Source: the human T2T-CHM13v2.0 reference genome, Homo sapiens | Assembly (NCBI RefSeq): GCF_009914755.1 | Contig: NC_060944.1 | DNA length: 64,000 nucleotides | Direction: 5' to 3' (one strand) | Part shown: piece by piece, positions 15,511 to 29,933 of the stretch | Numbering within the stretch: the first letter of the stretch is position 1 | Layout: each line of letters starts with the position of its first letter | Program-made: the position numbers and the translations under genes | The notes under the pieces: generated by a model | Database searches by the model: none | The model's input: the letters and a program-made list of their open reading frames with translations, nothing else | Told to the model about the DNA's origin: nothing

Positions 15511-16479
15511 TAGATAAAAGGGTTAATAATCTCTCTACTGAACAATTATCCCCCATAATGAATCCTGTTTCATCTGTACTCCTACCCACCTTCTCCCCCA
15601 TATTATTTTAAAGCAGCATATTATTTCATTTATAAATATTTCAGTAGTTTGGGTACTTAAAAAATACATAACCACAATAGTATTATCATGCCTAAAAAAT
15701 TTAACATGTAATAAAATATTCAGTCAGTGCTCAACTTTCTAATCATGTTTTTAGACTGCTTAGCATTTTGTTGTGGAGATGGATCATAATATATTTAACC
15801 AGTTCCTGTTGATGAAGCTTGAGGTTATTTCTAACTTTCCAACTGATAAATAGTGCTTCAATAAACATCCTTATATATAAAAAAAAAAAAAAGAAAGAAA
15901 ACTGTAGGATCTGGTTCTGTAGTGATCCTTCCAAGCAGAGAGAACTGGTGTATAGCTGGCCATTGTAGCAAGAGGCAAGGACCATGAAGCTGCAGATCCT
16001 GGAAGATGGGACATAGCACCCATTTATGTAGTGTGTATGTAGGCCTTCTTGATCTCTACAAGGCCAGTGTATTGCTGAATGGTTGGGCAGAGTCTTAACC
16101 TGTGCTTGAGGCTGAAGCAGTACTGGGAGATCTGAGAACGGAGAAGATTCCTATAGGTTAACACACAGTGTACTCAGAGCCTGTCTGCTTGAATACATCC
16201 ATGTGAGACTGGCTTTCCAAATTTTAAATTAAAAATCTAGAACATTTAAAGAGAGTTAAATGTACTTTTTCAAACAAATAACTTTCTGGAGCTGAAATCT
16301 ATGATTTCCTCATTAAACAATTCAGTACATGAATTAAAAGAGGGGCAGTGCAAGAAATTTTTGGAGAGCAAATGTATAAAGATAGAAATCATGAAAGCAA
16401 AGAAACTTGGAGGAGAAATTTGAGATGTCCAAAATTTGAATAATATGACTTCCAGAAGGAGAGAAAGAAACAGATGGAA

Positions 16480-16632
16480 GAAAAGACTACGTATTGTGTA
16501 CAGTGTACACTGCTTGAATGATGATGGGTGCACTAAAATCTCAGAGGTCACCGCTAAAGAACCCATCTGTGTAACCAGAAACTATCTGTATCTCCACAAC
16601 TATTGAAATGAAAAGAAAAGAAAAGAAAAAGG
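16480..16632 (+). mobile_element. L1PB-type 3' end
   Basis: GTACAGTGTACACTGCTT...GGGTGCACTAAAATCTCAGA motif; TSD-like GAAACAGATGGA/GAAACGGATGGA. Confidence 0.75.
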
Positions 16633-17364
16633 AAACGGATGGATGTGGCAGTAAGCCACAGGAGAAAAAAAGACAGGTATCACATTTCAAATTTGAACAC
16701 TGTAGCTAAAAAGCAGTGGATTAGCATCTAGAGCTACTGAGAGAAAAATGACTGCAATCCAAGAATACCATATCCAGCCAAGGTATTTATCTGTACAGGT
16801 AAAAGAAAGATGTTTAAGGATCTATATAAATTCAGAGTATACCACTCAAGTATCCTATTTGAGGCAAATAAATGAAGCAGAACAGAGACTATAAAATTGA
16901 AGAAGAGAGTGAAGAGCGGTGAACAGTGAACTTGTTTTTATGTTTAAAATTATATCGTAATGGATGAGGTTGGGCTGGGAATATATAAGTGCTACATTAG
17001 ACCTCTTTAATAGAATGGACATAAGGAAAAGTTTTGAATGAGTATTGAGCTGTCTCTGCAAAATATAGGAATTAGGATGCTCTGCAGAAAAAAATGTGCC
17101 AAAGGTGTCATAGAGTAGAGAGGGAAGGGAAAGGAAGAAAGGGTAGATGTATCTTAGGAGTCTCATTTTTGGGGTTGGGAATAGGAAAGGAGTGGGTAAG
17201 TGTGGAGTATTTTTGTAGGGGAAATGTTTGACATCTTGTTTATAAATTATAGTAAAGACATATGCTTTCAACAGTGAAAGGCAGGAAAGGGAAGATAACC
17301 ATTGATAAGATGGAAAAGTTCAGTAGTATTTCCAGGTAAAGGGGGAAATGAAATGAATGACAAC

Positions 17365-17670
17365 TTTTTTCTTTTTTTCTTTTTGAGACAGAATCTTGCT
17401 CTGTCACCCAGGCTGGAGTGCAGTGGTGGGATCTTGGCTCAGTGTTACCTCCGCCTCCTGGGTTCAAATGATTCTTGTGCCTCAGACTCAAGAGTACTTG
17501 GGATTATAGGAGTGTGCCACCATGCCCAGATAATTTTTTGGTAGTTTTAGTAGAGATGGAGTTTCGCCATTTTGGCCAGGCTGGTCTCGAACTCCTGGCC
17601 TCAAGTGATCTGCCTGCCTCAGCCTCCCAAAGTGCTGCGATTACAGGCATGAGCCAGCGTACCTGGCCTG
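17365..17670 (-). mobile_element. AluS/J
   Basis: Antisense Alu dimer. Confidence 0.9.
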
Positions 17671-17854
17671 CACGCCAACTTTATCACACTAGTAAAATAA
17701 GGAAAAAGAAAAGAGAGCAATGTAAATAAGCAACAAACAAAATATAGATGGAAAGAACAAAATTAATATTTAGGTCATCTACTAAATGTGAATAAATTAT
17801 GTAGTCTCATGAAAAGAAAACTGGAGTGGCTATATTAAGATCGAAGTCGACTTC

Positions 17855-18233
17855 ATGTGAATTAACACAGGAACAGAAAATGAAACACCGCATGTTCTTG
17901 TAAGTGGGAGCTAAACAATGAATACATGTGGACACAAAGATGGGAACAATAGACAGGGGGTACTACTTGAGAGGGGAGGTTGGGAGGCGGGGTTGGGTTG
18001 AAAAACTACCTATTAGGTACTATGCGTACACACAGGTCAAAGGAGAAATAAGGGAAATCAGAAAAAAACATTTTGGAATGAATGAAGGTGTATGCAAAGT
18101 ATTAGGTACTTTGCATACAAAGGATTCTTTGTACATCAAACCTCGGCAACACGCAATTTACGCATGCAACAAACCTGCACACATACCCCTGAATCTAAAA
18201 TAAAAGTCAAGAGAAAAAAAAAACCCAAAAACA
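17855..18233 (+). mobile_element. L1PA15/16-like 3' end containing a templated insertion
   Basis: AAGTGGGAGCTAAACAATG...AAAAACTACCTATTAGGTACTATGC...CCCCTGAATCTAAAATAAAAGT; TSD-like AAGTCGACTTCA/AAGTAGATTTCA. Confidence 0.8.
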
Positions 18234-18668
18234 AAGTAGATTTCACACAAACAAGGAATATTAACAGAGATAGAAATATTTCATAAAGACAAACATGTAA
18301 ATTCTTCAAGAAGACAGAACAGTCCTGCATTTGTAGGTGTTTAGCAACAGAGTTCTAAAATACATGAAGTACAAATGGTCAGAACTAAAATGGGAAATGT
18401 GCAAATCCACAATTATAGTTGCAGATTTCAACATTTGCCTTTCAATATCAATAAAACAAGTATACAGAAAAATAAGAAGGTTATAGAAGACTTGAATAAC
18501 ACTGTCAATTAACTTGACATAATTGGTACTTAGAGAACATGATACATATCAACTGCAGATTACACATTGAAGTGCCCTTGGAACATTCAGTAAAATAGAC
18601 TATATGCTGGATAATAGAACAAGTCTCAATACATTTAAAAGATTTGAAACCATATGTCATGTGTTCTG

Positions 18669-18948
18669 TTTTGAAGACAGGGTCTCGCTTGCTCTGTCAC
18701 CCAGGCTGAAGTGTTGGGATTGTAGCTCACTGCAGCCTCTATCTCTGGGCTCAAATGATTCTCTCACCTCAGCCTCCTGAGTAGCTGGGACTACAGGTAC
18801 ACTCTACCACATTCAGCTAATTTTTTTTTTTTTTAATTTTTAGTAGAGATGAGGTCTCACTATGTTGCCTAGGCTGGTCTTAAATTCCTGGCCTCAAGTG
18901 ATTCATCCACTTTGGCCTCCCAAAATGCTAGGGTTATAGACGTGAGCC
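18669..18948 (-). mobile_element. AluJ
   Basis: Diverged antisense Alu. Confidence 0.85.
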
Positions 18949-19215
18949 AGAGTTTCTGTGGAATTGCAATAGAAATCATTAACAAAAAGATAACTAGAAA
19001 AATTCCCCCAAACATTTGGAAATTAAGCAACATCTAAATTACACATAGGTCAAAGGAGAAATAAGGGAAATTAGAAAAACATTTTGGAATGAATGAAAGT
19101 GTAAACACAGTCTGTTACATTTGTGGAATGCAGCTAAAGCAGTATATAGAGAGGAATTTGTACCTGCAAAAGTTTTTATTAGAAAAGAGAAAAGATGTAA
19201 ATGTTCTAAATTTCC

Positions 19216-22200
19216 ATAGCCAGACTACCTCTCTAGATTCCTTCTCTCTGGGCAGGGCATCTCTGAAAGAAAGGCAGCATCCCCAGTCAGGGGCTTATAG
19301 ATAAAACTCCCATCTTCCTGGGACAGAGCACCTGGGGGAATGGGCATCTGTGGGCACAGCTTCAGCTGACTTAAACATTCCTGCCTGCCGGCTCTGAAGA
19401 GAGCAGCAGATCTCCCAGCACACCACTCGAGCTCTGCTAAGGGACAGACTGCCTCCTCAAGTGGGTCCCTGACCCCCGTGCCTCCTGACTAGGAGACACC
19501 TCCCATCAGGGGTCGACAGACAGCTCATACAGGAGAGCTCCAGCTGACATCTGGTGGATACCCCTCTGGGATGAAGCTTCCAGAGGAAGGAACAGGTGGT
19601 AATCTTTGCTGATCTGCAGCCTCCAGTGGTGATACCCAGGCAAATAGGGTCTGGAGTGGACCTCCAGCAAACTCCAGCAGACCTGCAGCAGAGGGGCCTG
19701 TTAGAACAAAAACTAACAAACAGAAAGGAATAGGATCACCATCAACAAAAAGGACGTCCATACAGAAACCCCATCCAAAGGTCACCAACATCAAAGACCA
19801 AAGGTAGAGAAATCCACGAAGATAAAGAAAAACCAGCGCAAAAAGGCTGAAAATTCCAAAAACAAGAACGCCTCTTCTTCTCCAGAGGATCACAACTCCT
19901 CGCCAGCAAGGGAACAAAACTGGATGGAGAATGAGTTTGATGAATTAACAGAAGTAGGCTTCAGAAGGTGGGTAATAACAAACTCCTCCAAGCTAAAGAA
20001 GCATGTTCTAACCCAATGCAAGGAAGCTAAGAACCTTGAAAAAAGGTTAGGGCAATTGCTAACTAGAATAACCAGTTTAGAGAAGAATGTGAAAGAGCTG
20101 ATGGAGCTGAAAAACAAAGCACAAGAACTTTGTGAAGCATACACAAGTATCAATAGCCAAATCGATCAAGCAGAAGAAAGCATATCAGAGATTGAAGATC
20201 AACTTAATGAAATAAAGCATGAAGACAAGATTAGAGAAAAAAGAATGAAAAAGGAACAAACAAAGCCTCCAAGAAATATGGGACTATGTGAAAAGACCAA
20301 ACCTGCGTTTGATTGGTGTACCTGAAAGTGATGGGGAGAATGGAACCAAGTTGGAAAACACTCTTCAGGATATTTTCCAGGAGAACTTCCCCAACCTAGC
20401 AAGACAGGCCAACATTCAAATTCAGGAAATACAGAGAACACCACAAAGATACTCCTTGAGAAGAGCAACCCCAAGACATATAATCGTCAGATTCACCAAG
20501 GTTGAAATGAAGGAAAAAGTGTTAAGGGCAGCCAGAGAGAAAGACTGAGTTACCCTCAAAGGGTAGCCTATCAGACTAACAGCAGATCTCTCAGCAGAAA
20601 CCCTACAAGCCAGAAGAGAGTGGGGGCCAATATTCAACATTCTTAAAGAAAAGAATTTTCAACCCAGAATTTCATATCCAGCCAAACTAAGCTTCATAAG
20701 TGAAGGAGAAATAAAATTATTTACAGACAAGCAATTGCTGAGATATTTTGTCATCACCAGGCCTGCCTTACAAGAGCTCCTGAAGGAAGCTCTAAATATG
20801 GAAAGGAAAACCAGTACCAGCCACTGTAAAAACATACCAAATTGTAAAGACCATTGACACTATGAAGAAACTGCATCAACTAATGGGCAAAATAACCAGC
20901 TAGCATCATAATGACAAGATCAGATTCACACATAACAATATTAGCCTTAAGTGTAAATGCCCCAATTAAAAGACACAGACTGACAAATTGGATAAAGAGT
21001 CAAGACCCATCGGTGTGCTGTATTTAGGAGACCCAACTCATGTGCAAAGACACACATAGGCTCAAAACAAAGGGATGGAGGAGTATTTACCAAGCAAATG
21101 GAAGCCAAAAAAAAAAAAAAAGCAGGGGTTGCAATCCTAGTATCTGATAAAACAGACTTCAAACCAACAAAGATCAAAAAAGACAAAGAAGGACATTACA
21201 TAATGTTAAAGAGATCAATGCAACAAGAAGAGCTAGCTATGCTAAATATATATGCACCCAATACAGGAGCACCCAGATTCGTAAAGCAAGTCTTTAGAGA
21301 CCTACAAAGACACTTACACTCCCACGCAATAATAGTGGGAGACTTTAACACCCCACTGTCAATATCAGACAGATCAATGAGACAGAAAATTAACAAGGAT
21401 ATTCAGGACTTGAACTCAGCTCTGGACCAACAGGACCTAATAGACATCTACCGAACTCTCCACCCCCAAGCAACAGAATATACATTCTTCTCAGCACCAC
21501 ATGGCACTTGTCCTAAAATTGACCACATAATTGGAAGTAAAACACTCCTCAGCAAATGCAAAAGAATAGAAATCATAACGTCCCTCAGACCACAGTGCAA
21601 TCAAATTAGAACTCAGGATTAAGAAACTCAGAACTGCACAACTACATGGAAACTGAACAACCTTCTCCTGAATGACTACTGGGTAAATAACGAAATTAAG
21701 GCAGAAATAAATAAGTTCTTTGAAACCAGTGAGAACAAAGACACGACATACCAGAATCTCTGGGACGCAGCCAAAGCAGTGTTTAGAGGGAAATTTATAG
21801 CACTAAATGCCCACAGGAGAAAGCAGGAAAGATCTAAAATCGACACCCTAACATCACAGTTAAAAGAACTAGAGAAGCAAGAGCAAACAAATTCAAAAGC
21901 TAGCAGACAAGAAATAATTAAGATCAGAGCAGAACTAAAGGAGATAGAGACATGAAAAACCCTTCAAAAAATCAGTGAATCCAGGAGCTGTTTTTTGAAA
22001 AGATTAAGAAAATAGACTGCTAGCTTGACTAACAAAGAAGAAAAGAGAGAAGAATCAAATAGACACAATAAAAAATGATAAAGGGGATATCACCACTGAT
22101 CCCAAAGAAATAGAAACTGCCATCAGAGAATACTATAAACAACTCTACGCAAATAAACTAGAAAATCTAGAAGAAATGGATACATTCCTGAACACATACA

Positions 22201-24955
22201 CCCTCCCAAGACTAAACGAGGGAAAAGTTGAATCCCTGAACAGACTAATAACGAGTTCTGAAATTGAGGCAGTAATTGATAGCCTATCAACCAAAAAAAA
22301 GCCCAGGCCCAGACAGATTCACAGCCGAATTCTACCAGAGGTACAAAGAGGAGCTGGTACCATTCCTTCTGAAACAATTCCAAACGACAGAAAAAGAGGG
22401 ACTTCCCCCTAACTCATTTGATGAGGCCAGCATCATCCTGACACCAAAACCTGGCAGAGACACAACAAAAAAAGAAAATTTCAGGCCAATATCCTTGATA
22501 AGCATCGATGCGAGAATCCTCAATAAAATACTGGCACACCGAATCCAGCAGCACATCTAAAAGCTTATCCACCACAATCGAGTTGGCTTCATCCCTGGGA
22601 TGCAAGATGGGTTCAACATAACGGAAATCAATAAACGTAATCCATCACATAAACAGAACCAATGACAAAAACACATGATTATCTCAATAGATGCAGAAAA
22701 GGCCTTCAATAAAATTCAACAGCTCTTCATGCTAAAAACTCTAAATAAACTAGGTATTGGTGGAACTTATCTCAAGATAATAAGAGCTATGTATGACAGA
22801 CCCACAGCCAATATCATACTGAATGGGAAAAAGCTGGAACCATTCCCTTTGAAAACTGGCACAAGACAAGGATGCCCTCTCTCACCACTCCTATTCAACC
22901 TAATATGGAAGTTTTGGCCAGGGCAATCAGACAAGAGAAAGAAATAAAGGGTATTCAAGTAGGAAGAGAGAAAGTCAAATTATCTCTGTTTGCAGATGAC
23001 ATGATTGTATATTTAGAAAGCCCCATCGTCTCAGCCCCAAATCTCCTTAAGCTGATAAGCAACTTCAGCAAAGTCTCAGGATACAAAATCAGTGTGCAAA
23101 AATCACAAGCATTCCTATACATCAATAATAGACTGTGCAAAAATTACAAGCACTCCTATACATAATAATAGACAAACTCATGAGAGCCAAATAACGAGTG
23201 AACTCCCATTCACAATTGCTACAAAGAGAATAAAATACCTAGGAATCCAACTTACAAGGGATGTGAAGGACCTCTTCAAGAACTACAAACCACTGCTCAA
23301 GGAAATAAGAGAGGACACAAATGGAAAACATTCCATGCTCATGGATAGGAAGAGTCAATATAGTGAAAATGGCCATATTGCTGAAAGTAATTTATAGATT
23401 CAATACTATCCCCATCAAGCTACCATTGACTTTCTTCACAGAATTAGAAAAAACTACTTTAAATTTCATATGGAGCCAAAAAAGAGCCCATATAACCAAG
23501 ACAGCCCCAAGCAAAAAGAACAAAGCTGGAGGCATCTTGCTACCTGACTTCAAACTATACTACAAGGCTACAGTAACCAAAACAGCATGATACCAAAACA
23601 GATATATAGACCAATGGAACAGAACAGAGGCCTCAGAAATAACGCCACACATCTGCAACCATCTGATCTTTGAGAAACCTGACAAAAACAAACAATGGGG
23701 AAAGGATTCCCTATTTAATAAATGGTGTCGGGAAAACTGGCTAGCCATATGCAGAAAACTGAAACTGGACCCCTTCCTTATACCTTATACAAAAATTAAT
23801 TGAAGATGGATTAAAGACTTAAACGTAAGACCTAAAACCATAAAAACCCTAGAAGAAAACCTAGGCAATACCATTCAGGAGATAGGTATGGGCAAAGACT
23901 TCATGACTAAAACACCAAAGGCAAAGGCAACAAAAGCCAAAATTGACAAATGGGATCTAATTAAACTAAAGAGCTTCTGCACAGCAAAAGAAACTATCAT
24001 CAGAGTGAACAGGCAACCTACAGAATGGGAGAAAATTTTTGCAATCTATCCATCTGACAAAGGACTAATACCCAGAATCTACAAAGACCAAATTTACAAG
24101 AAAAAAAGCAAACAACCCCATCAAAAAGTGGGCAAAGGATATGAACAGACACTTCTCAAAAGAAGACATTTATGCAGCCAAAAAACATGAAAAAAAGTTA
24201 ATCATCACTGGTCATTAGAGAAATGCAAGTCAAAACCACAATGAGATACCATCTCCCACCAGTTAGAACGGTGATCATTAAAAAGGCAGGAAACAACAGA
24301 TGCTGGAGAGGATGTGGAGAAATAGGAACGCTTTTACACTGTTGGTAGGAGTGTAAATAAGTTCAATCATTGTGGAAGACAGTGGGGTGACTCAAGGTTC
24401 TAGAACCAGAAATACCATTTGACCCAGCAATCCCATTACTGGGTGTATACCCAAAGGATTATAAATCATTCTGCTGTAAAGACACATGCACACATATGTT
24501 TATTGCAGCACTACTCACAATAGCAAAGACTTGGAACCAACCCAAATGCCCATCGATGATAGACTGGATAAAGAAAATGTGGCACATATACACCATGGAA
24601 TACTGTGCAGCCATAGAAACAAATGAGTTCATGTCCTTTGCAGGGACATGATGAGGCTGGAAACCACCATTCTCAGCAAACTATCACAGGAACAAAACCA
24701 AACATTGCATGTTTTCACTCATAAGTGGGAGTTGAACAGTTAGAACACATGAACACAGGGAGGGGAACATCGCATACTGGGGCCTGTTGGGAGGGTGGGG
24801 GGCTAGGGGAGGGACAGCATTAGGAGAAATACCTAATGTAGATGACGGCTTGATGGGTGCGGCAAACCACCATGGCACGTGTGTACCTGTGTAACAAACC
24901 TACATGTTCTGCACATGTATCCCAGAACTTAAAGTATAAAAACAAACAAAAAAAC
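19216..24955 (+). mobile_element. Near full-length L1PA7/8-like element (partial 5'UTR, disrupted ORF1 ~19823-20840, disrupted ORF2 ~20911-24735, 3'UTR)
   Basis: ORF fragments 19924..20325 and 20288..20548 (ORF1), 21098..21622 (endonuclease), 22675..23165 (RT, FADD) and 23888..24190; ORF1 ATG appears changed to ATA; many stops and frameshifts. Confidence 0.95.
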
Positions 24956-24960
24956 CAGAA

Positions 24961-25250
24961 GGCCGGGCGTGGTGGCTCACACCTGTAATCCCAGCATTTT
25001 GGGATGCTGAGGTGGGTAGATCACGAGATCAGGAGTTCAAACCAGCCTGGCCAAGATGGTGAAACCCCGTCTCTACTAAAAATAGAAAAATTAGCCGGGC
25101 ATGGTGGTGGGCGCCTGTAATCCCAGCTACTCAGGAGGCTGAGGCAGAGAATTGCTGGAACCCAGGAGGCGGAGGTTGCAGTTGACCGAGATTGCGCCAT
25201 TGCACTCCAGCCTGGGCAACAGGGCGAAACTCCGTCTCAAAAAAAAAAAA
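24961..25250 (+). mobile_element. AluS lacking a recognisable TSD
   Basis: Alu dimer directly after the L1 tail. Confidence 0.9.
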
Positions 25251-25606
25251 TGTGGTACATATACTCCGTGGAATACTACCACCTGTAAAAATGAATGCAG
25301 TTGTGTCCTTTGAGCAGCATGGATGCAGGGAGGCCATTATTCTAAGTGAATTAATGCAGTAACAGAAAACCAAATACCACATACTCTCACTTACAAGTAG
25401 GAACTAATCATTGAGTACACATGGACACAAGGGAGCAACAGACACCGGGACCTGCTTGAGGGTGGAGAGTGGGAGGAGAGTAAGGATTGAAAAACTGCCT
25501 TTCAGGTATTACGCTGATTACTTGGGTGATGGAATTATCTGTACATCAAACCCCTGTGAAACCTGCACATGGACCCCTTGAACCTAAAATAAAAGTTAGA
25601 AAAAAG
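25251..25606 (+). mobile_element. L1PA15/16-like 3' end
   Basis: TGTGGTACATATAC...GGAATACTAC...CCCCTTGAACCTAAAATAAAAGTT. Confidence 0.8.
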
Positions 25607-25639
25607 GGCAAAAATAATAACAAGCACATTACAAAATAA

Positions 25640-25985
<346 letters not shown>

Positions 25986-25989
25986 TCTG

Positions 25990-26690
25990 AAAATCTTTAA
26001 ATATCAGAAAAATACAAATTTATACCATAATGAGATAGAATAGTGCATACCTACTGGAATAAGCAATAAAAAGTCTGATTATACCAAATGTGGGAACTGA
26101 TGTGGAATAAGTAGAACTCTCATATCTTGAAAATGTGATTGTAAGGTGGAAACAGTTTGGCAGTTTCTTAAAAATTTAAGTGCATATCTATACTTTAATC
26201 CAGTGATTTCATTTTGTATATTTATTCAAGAGAAATGTAGATACCTGTCCACAGAAAGATTTATACGTGTCTTAACTTCATTTATAAAAGCCTATAATTA
26301 CGTAATCCAAGTGTCCACCAATAAACAAGTTGTGTATTTTCATACAAGAGAATACTACTCAGCAGTGTGAAGGAGCAAACTATTGATACAATACTTAGAA
26401 AAGTTATGTTGATAAAAAGAAGCAAGACACAAAAGTGTCTTTGATTCCATTAAGTCAAATTCTGTAAAACTGATCTATAGTGGGAAAGATAAGATCAATG
26501 TTTGAGGTGGAGGTTGGGAGAGATTACCTGGAGAGGGATATAAGAGAGCTTTTGGGGGTGAGGAAACTGTTTTATATCCTGTTTGAGGAGATTACACTTT
26601 GTGTATACATTTGTCAAAGCTTATCAAATTGTACACATCAGTGGCTGCATTTTATTATATGTAAATTACTTTTCACTAAGATTGATTAAA
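25990..26690 (+). mobile_element. L1ME/MC-type 3' end
   Basis: GGAAACAGTTTGGCAGTTTCTTA...GAATACTACTCAGCA...TTTATTATATGTAAATTA. Confidence 0.65.
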
Positions 26691-27069
26691 GATTTGGTTG
26701 GAAGGAATCAAATTGGTATAGCAGTCACTAAACTAAATGCAAACAGATTATATATTGTGGCAGTAAAATACTGTCAGGTTAGTTTAAGAAACAAAACCTA
26801 ACCAAGTCCTGTTTCGAAGAAGCAAACTATTGAAAACTTGATAAGTAAAGCTGAAAATAAAAGAGTTGAATAAAGATGTAAGATACAGGAAAATAACCAA
26901 AAGATCAATAATTATAATAATATTAGACAAGGTGAAATTTAAATATCAAACTAGGTAAGTGGATTGTTAACATCATAAAAGGCATATTTTATGAAAATCC
27001 AATAGCCATAATCTTGTATGGCTAAAAAGCTTAACACATAAAGCAAAAATAATCTGAGTAGTGTGGTAG

Positions 27070-27451
<382 letters not shown>

Positions 27452-28099
27452 AGGATTTCAGTACATGTTTATCAGAATTAGGTCTAGTAGATGAAAATAC
27501 GAGTATAAGGAATTGAATAGTGCATTTAATAATCTTAATCATATGTGTATAGAAATAGTGTTTTAAATTCCTGGAATAGATCTTTTTTTAATGTCCAAGG
27601 AACTGTGGTCAAAGTTTAATGTCCAAGGTACTTGACCATAAAGAAAATCTTAACAGATGAGAAAAGTTGAGATTTTATAGGCTGCGTTGTCTGGTAATAA
27701 TACTGGTAAAGTAGAAAGAAATAACTATGAGACGAGTCCTTTGAAACCTGCCTCCTGTTCCCCTATTCTCCCTATATTTGTTTCCACTGCAGAATTACCT
27801 CAGTATTCTTGAACTAAGAAATTGGTGGTGGCAAGGTCTTTATTCTTCATATTTTAGCCTTACATTATTGAAATGCCTTTCAGTTTGATGCCTTTGTGTG
27901 ACTGCCAGTGAACTAGGTTTTCCTAGTGTACAGGTGTTGCCCATGCCCACACCTAGATTATCAATGATACTGTAAAACTTGACCTGAAATTTTAGGTTGA
28001 TATTCCTGGCCTTTCTCTTTCAAATTCCTTTAAACTTTTAGTAACCACTTGTTGGCCATTTATTAGAACACAGGGAATTTTGAATTAAAAACTCACATA

Positions 28100-28780
28100 A
28101 TTTAAAAGAAACAGGAACACCTAGTGCTGAGAGGATGTGGGGAATAGCATATTCTCATACATTGCTGGTGCAAATGTGAATTGTTACAGCCTTTTGGAAA
28201 ATAATTTGACAGCTTGGTTAACAATTAAAATTCATATTCCTTTTGGCCTAGTATACCTCCTCCTAAGATTTCTACTCTTAGACATAAAAGCCCAAGTAAG
28301 GCCATATGTATAGGGATATTTATTGCAGTGATGTGCATATTGTCAGTCAACTGAAAACAAAATGAACATTAGTAGGGAAAGGCAGGAAAAAGTGATACCT
28401 CCATAGGTGGGATACTATGCTACATAAAGAAAAAATAAATTAGACTAATACCAGATTAGTTTGAGAAATTTCCGTAAGGTTTTGTTGAGTGAGCAAAGAA
28501 AGATGCAGAAAAGTATATAATAATTTGTGTAACCAAAAAATAATTTAAGAGAACCATGCCTATATCATAGGCTCATGAGTATGAAGAAAAGTATTTAAGA
28601 ATTCCTGGTAGGTGGTTAAATGTTTACCTTGGTCAAGGGTGGGTCAGAGTAACTGGGGAAGTGGGTTAAAACAACAACAACAACAACAACAACAAGATTC
28701 GTCTGTGATCATATCTATGCATTATCTGTAAAATTATATAAATATGTATGTTTAAAGATACTAAGTAAACATTTAAAATA
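28100..28780 (+). mobile_element. L1ME-type 3' end with (CAA)n at ~28669-28694
   Basis: GAGGATGTGGGGAA...CTCATACATTGCTGGTG...TTTTGGAAAA motif. Confidence 0.6.
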
Positions 28781-28793
28781 AAACTGACCTGTT

Positions 28794-29020
28794 TCCCAGC
28801 CTGGACAACATAGCAAGACTCATCTCTAAAAAACAAAATTAATTAAAATAAATTAGCTAGGCATAGTGGTGTGTGCCTGTAGTCTCAGCTACTCCAGAGG
28901 CTTTGGTAGGAGGATCACCTAAGCCCAGGAGTTTGAGGCTGGAGTGAGCCATTGAGCTTGCCACTGCACTCCAGCCTGGGTGTCAGTGTGAGATTCTGTC
29001 TCAAAAACAAAAAACAAAAA
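28794..29020 (+). mobile_element. 5'-truncated AluJ
   Basis: End of left arm plus right arm, with (AAAAC)-type tail. Confidence 0.8.
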
Positions 29021-29529
29021 ACACAAATATTTGTTTTATAAAACTGATGCTGATTTGCAAACCTAAGTGTTCACGTGAAGTCCACTGAAACTCTTAGGAG
29101 CAGAAGCAGCATAGTGGAGAGCCATAAAACCTTTTATATTAGGCCCCAAGACAAAGAATCAAGGAAGTGTGTACACACACACGGAATAAAACAATAACCA
29201 GTGGGAAATTTACCTAAGAAACTAGAAGCCTAGAGTAAGGTGGTTTTTGTGGGTGGTTGATACTGTTTTTCAGGGACTTTGCATTCCTTTGATTTGTCAT
29301 TCTTGGTGTTGGCTTTGTGTTCAGGCATAGCACAGGCGTTGTGTTCAGGCTGTAGTACTTCCAGCTGTAAAATCCAGCTATAGCAAAGTCCAGATAGAGA
29401 AGAATGGTCTCTTCTTGGATGTTTATCATAGGTTGTTTTTTAAAAAGCATTTGCTAAGGCTGAGTTTGGGTTACAACTTGATTATAGTATTGTAGAGGAA
29501 GGTGTTATTGGAAGGAAAAGCATAATTAG

Positions 29530-29933
<404 letters not shown>

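Larger units (their letters stand above)
16270..19215 (+). mobile_element. Fragmented old L1M ORF1/ORF2
   Basis: Degenerate ORF1 (16270-16900) and endonuclease-region (17750-19215) similarity. Confidence 0.55.

Noticed and set aside
16495-16512. GTGTACAGTGTACAC quasi-palindrome
   Set aside because: Recalled as part of the L1PB 3'UTR consensus, so not locus-specific.
19216-24955. Potentially active full-length L1
   Set aside because: The 5'UTR is incomplete, the ORF1 start appears lost, and both ORFs have many stops and frameshifts.
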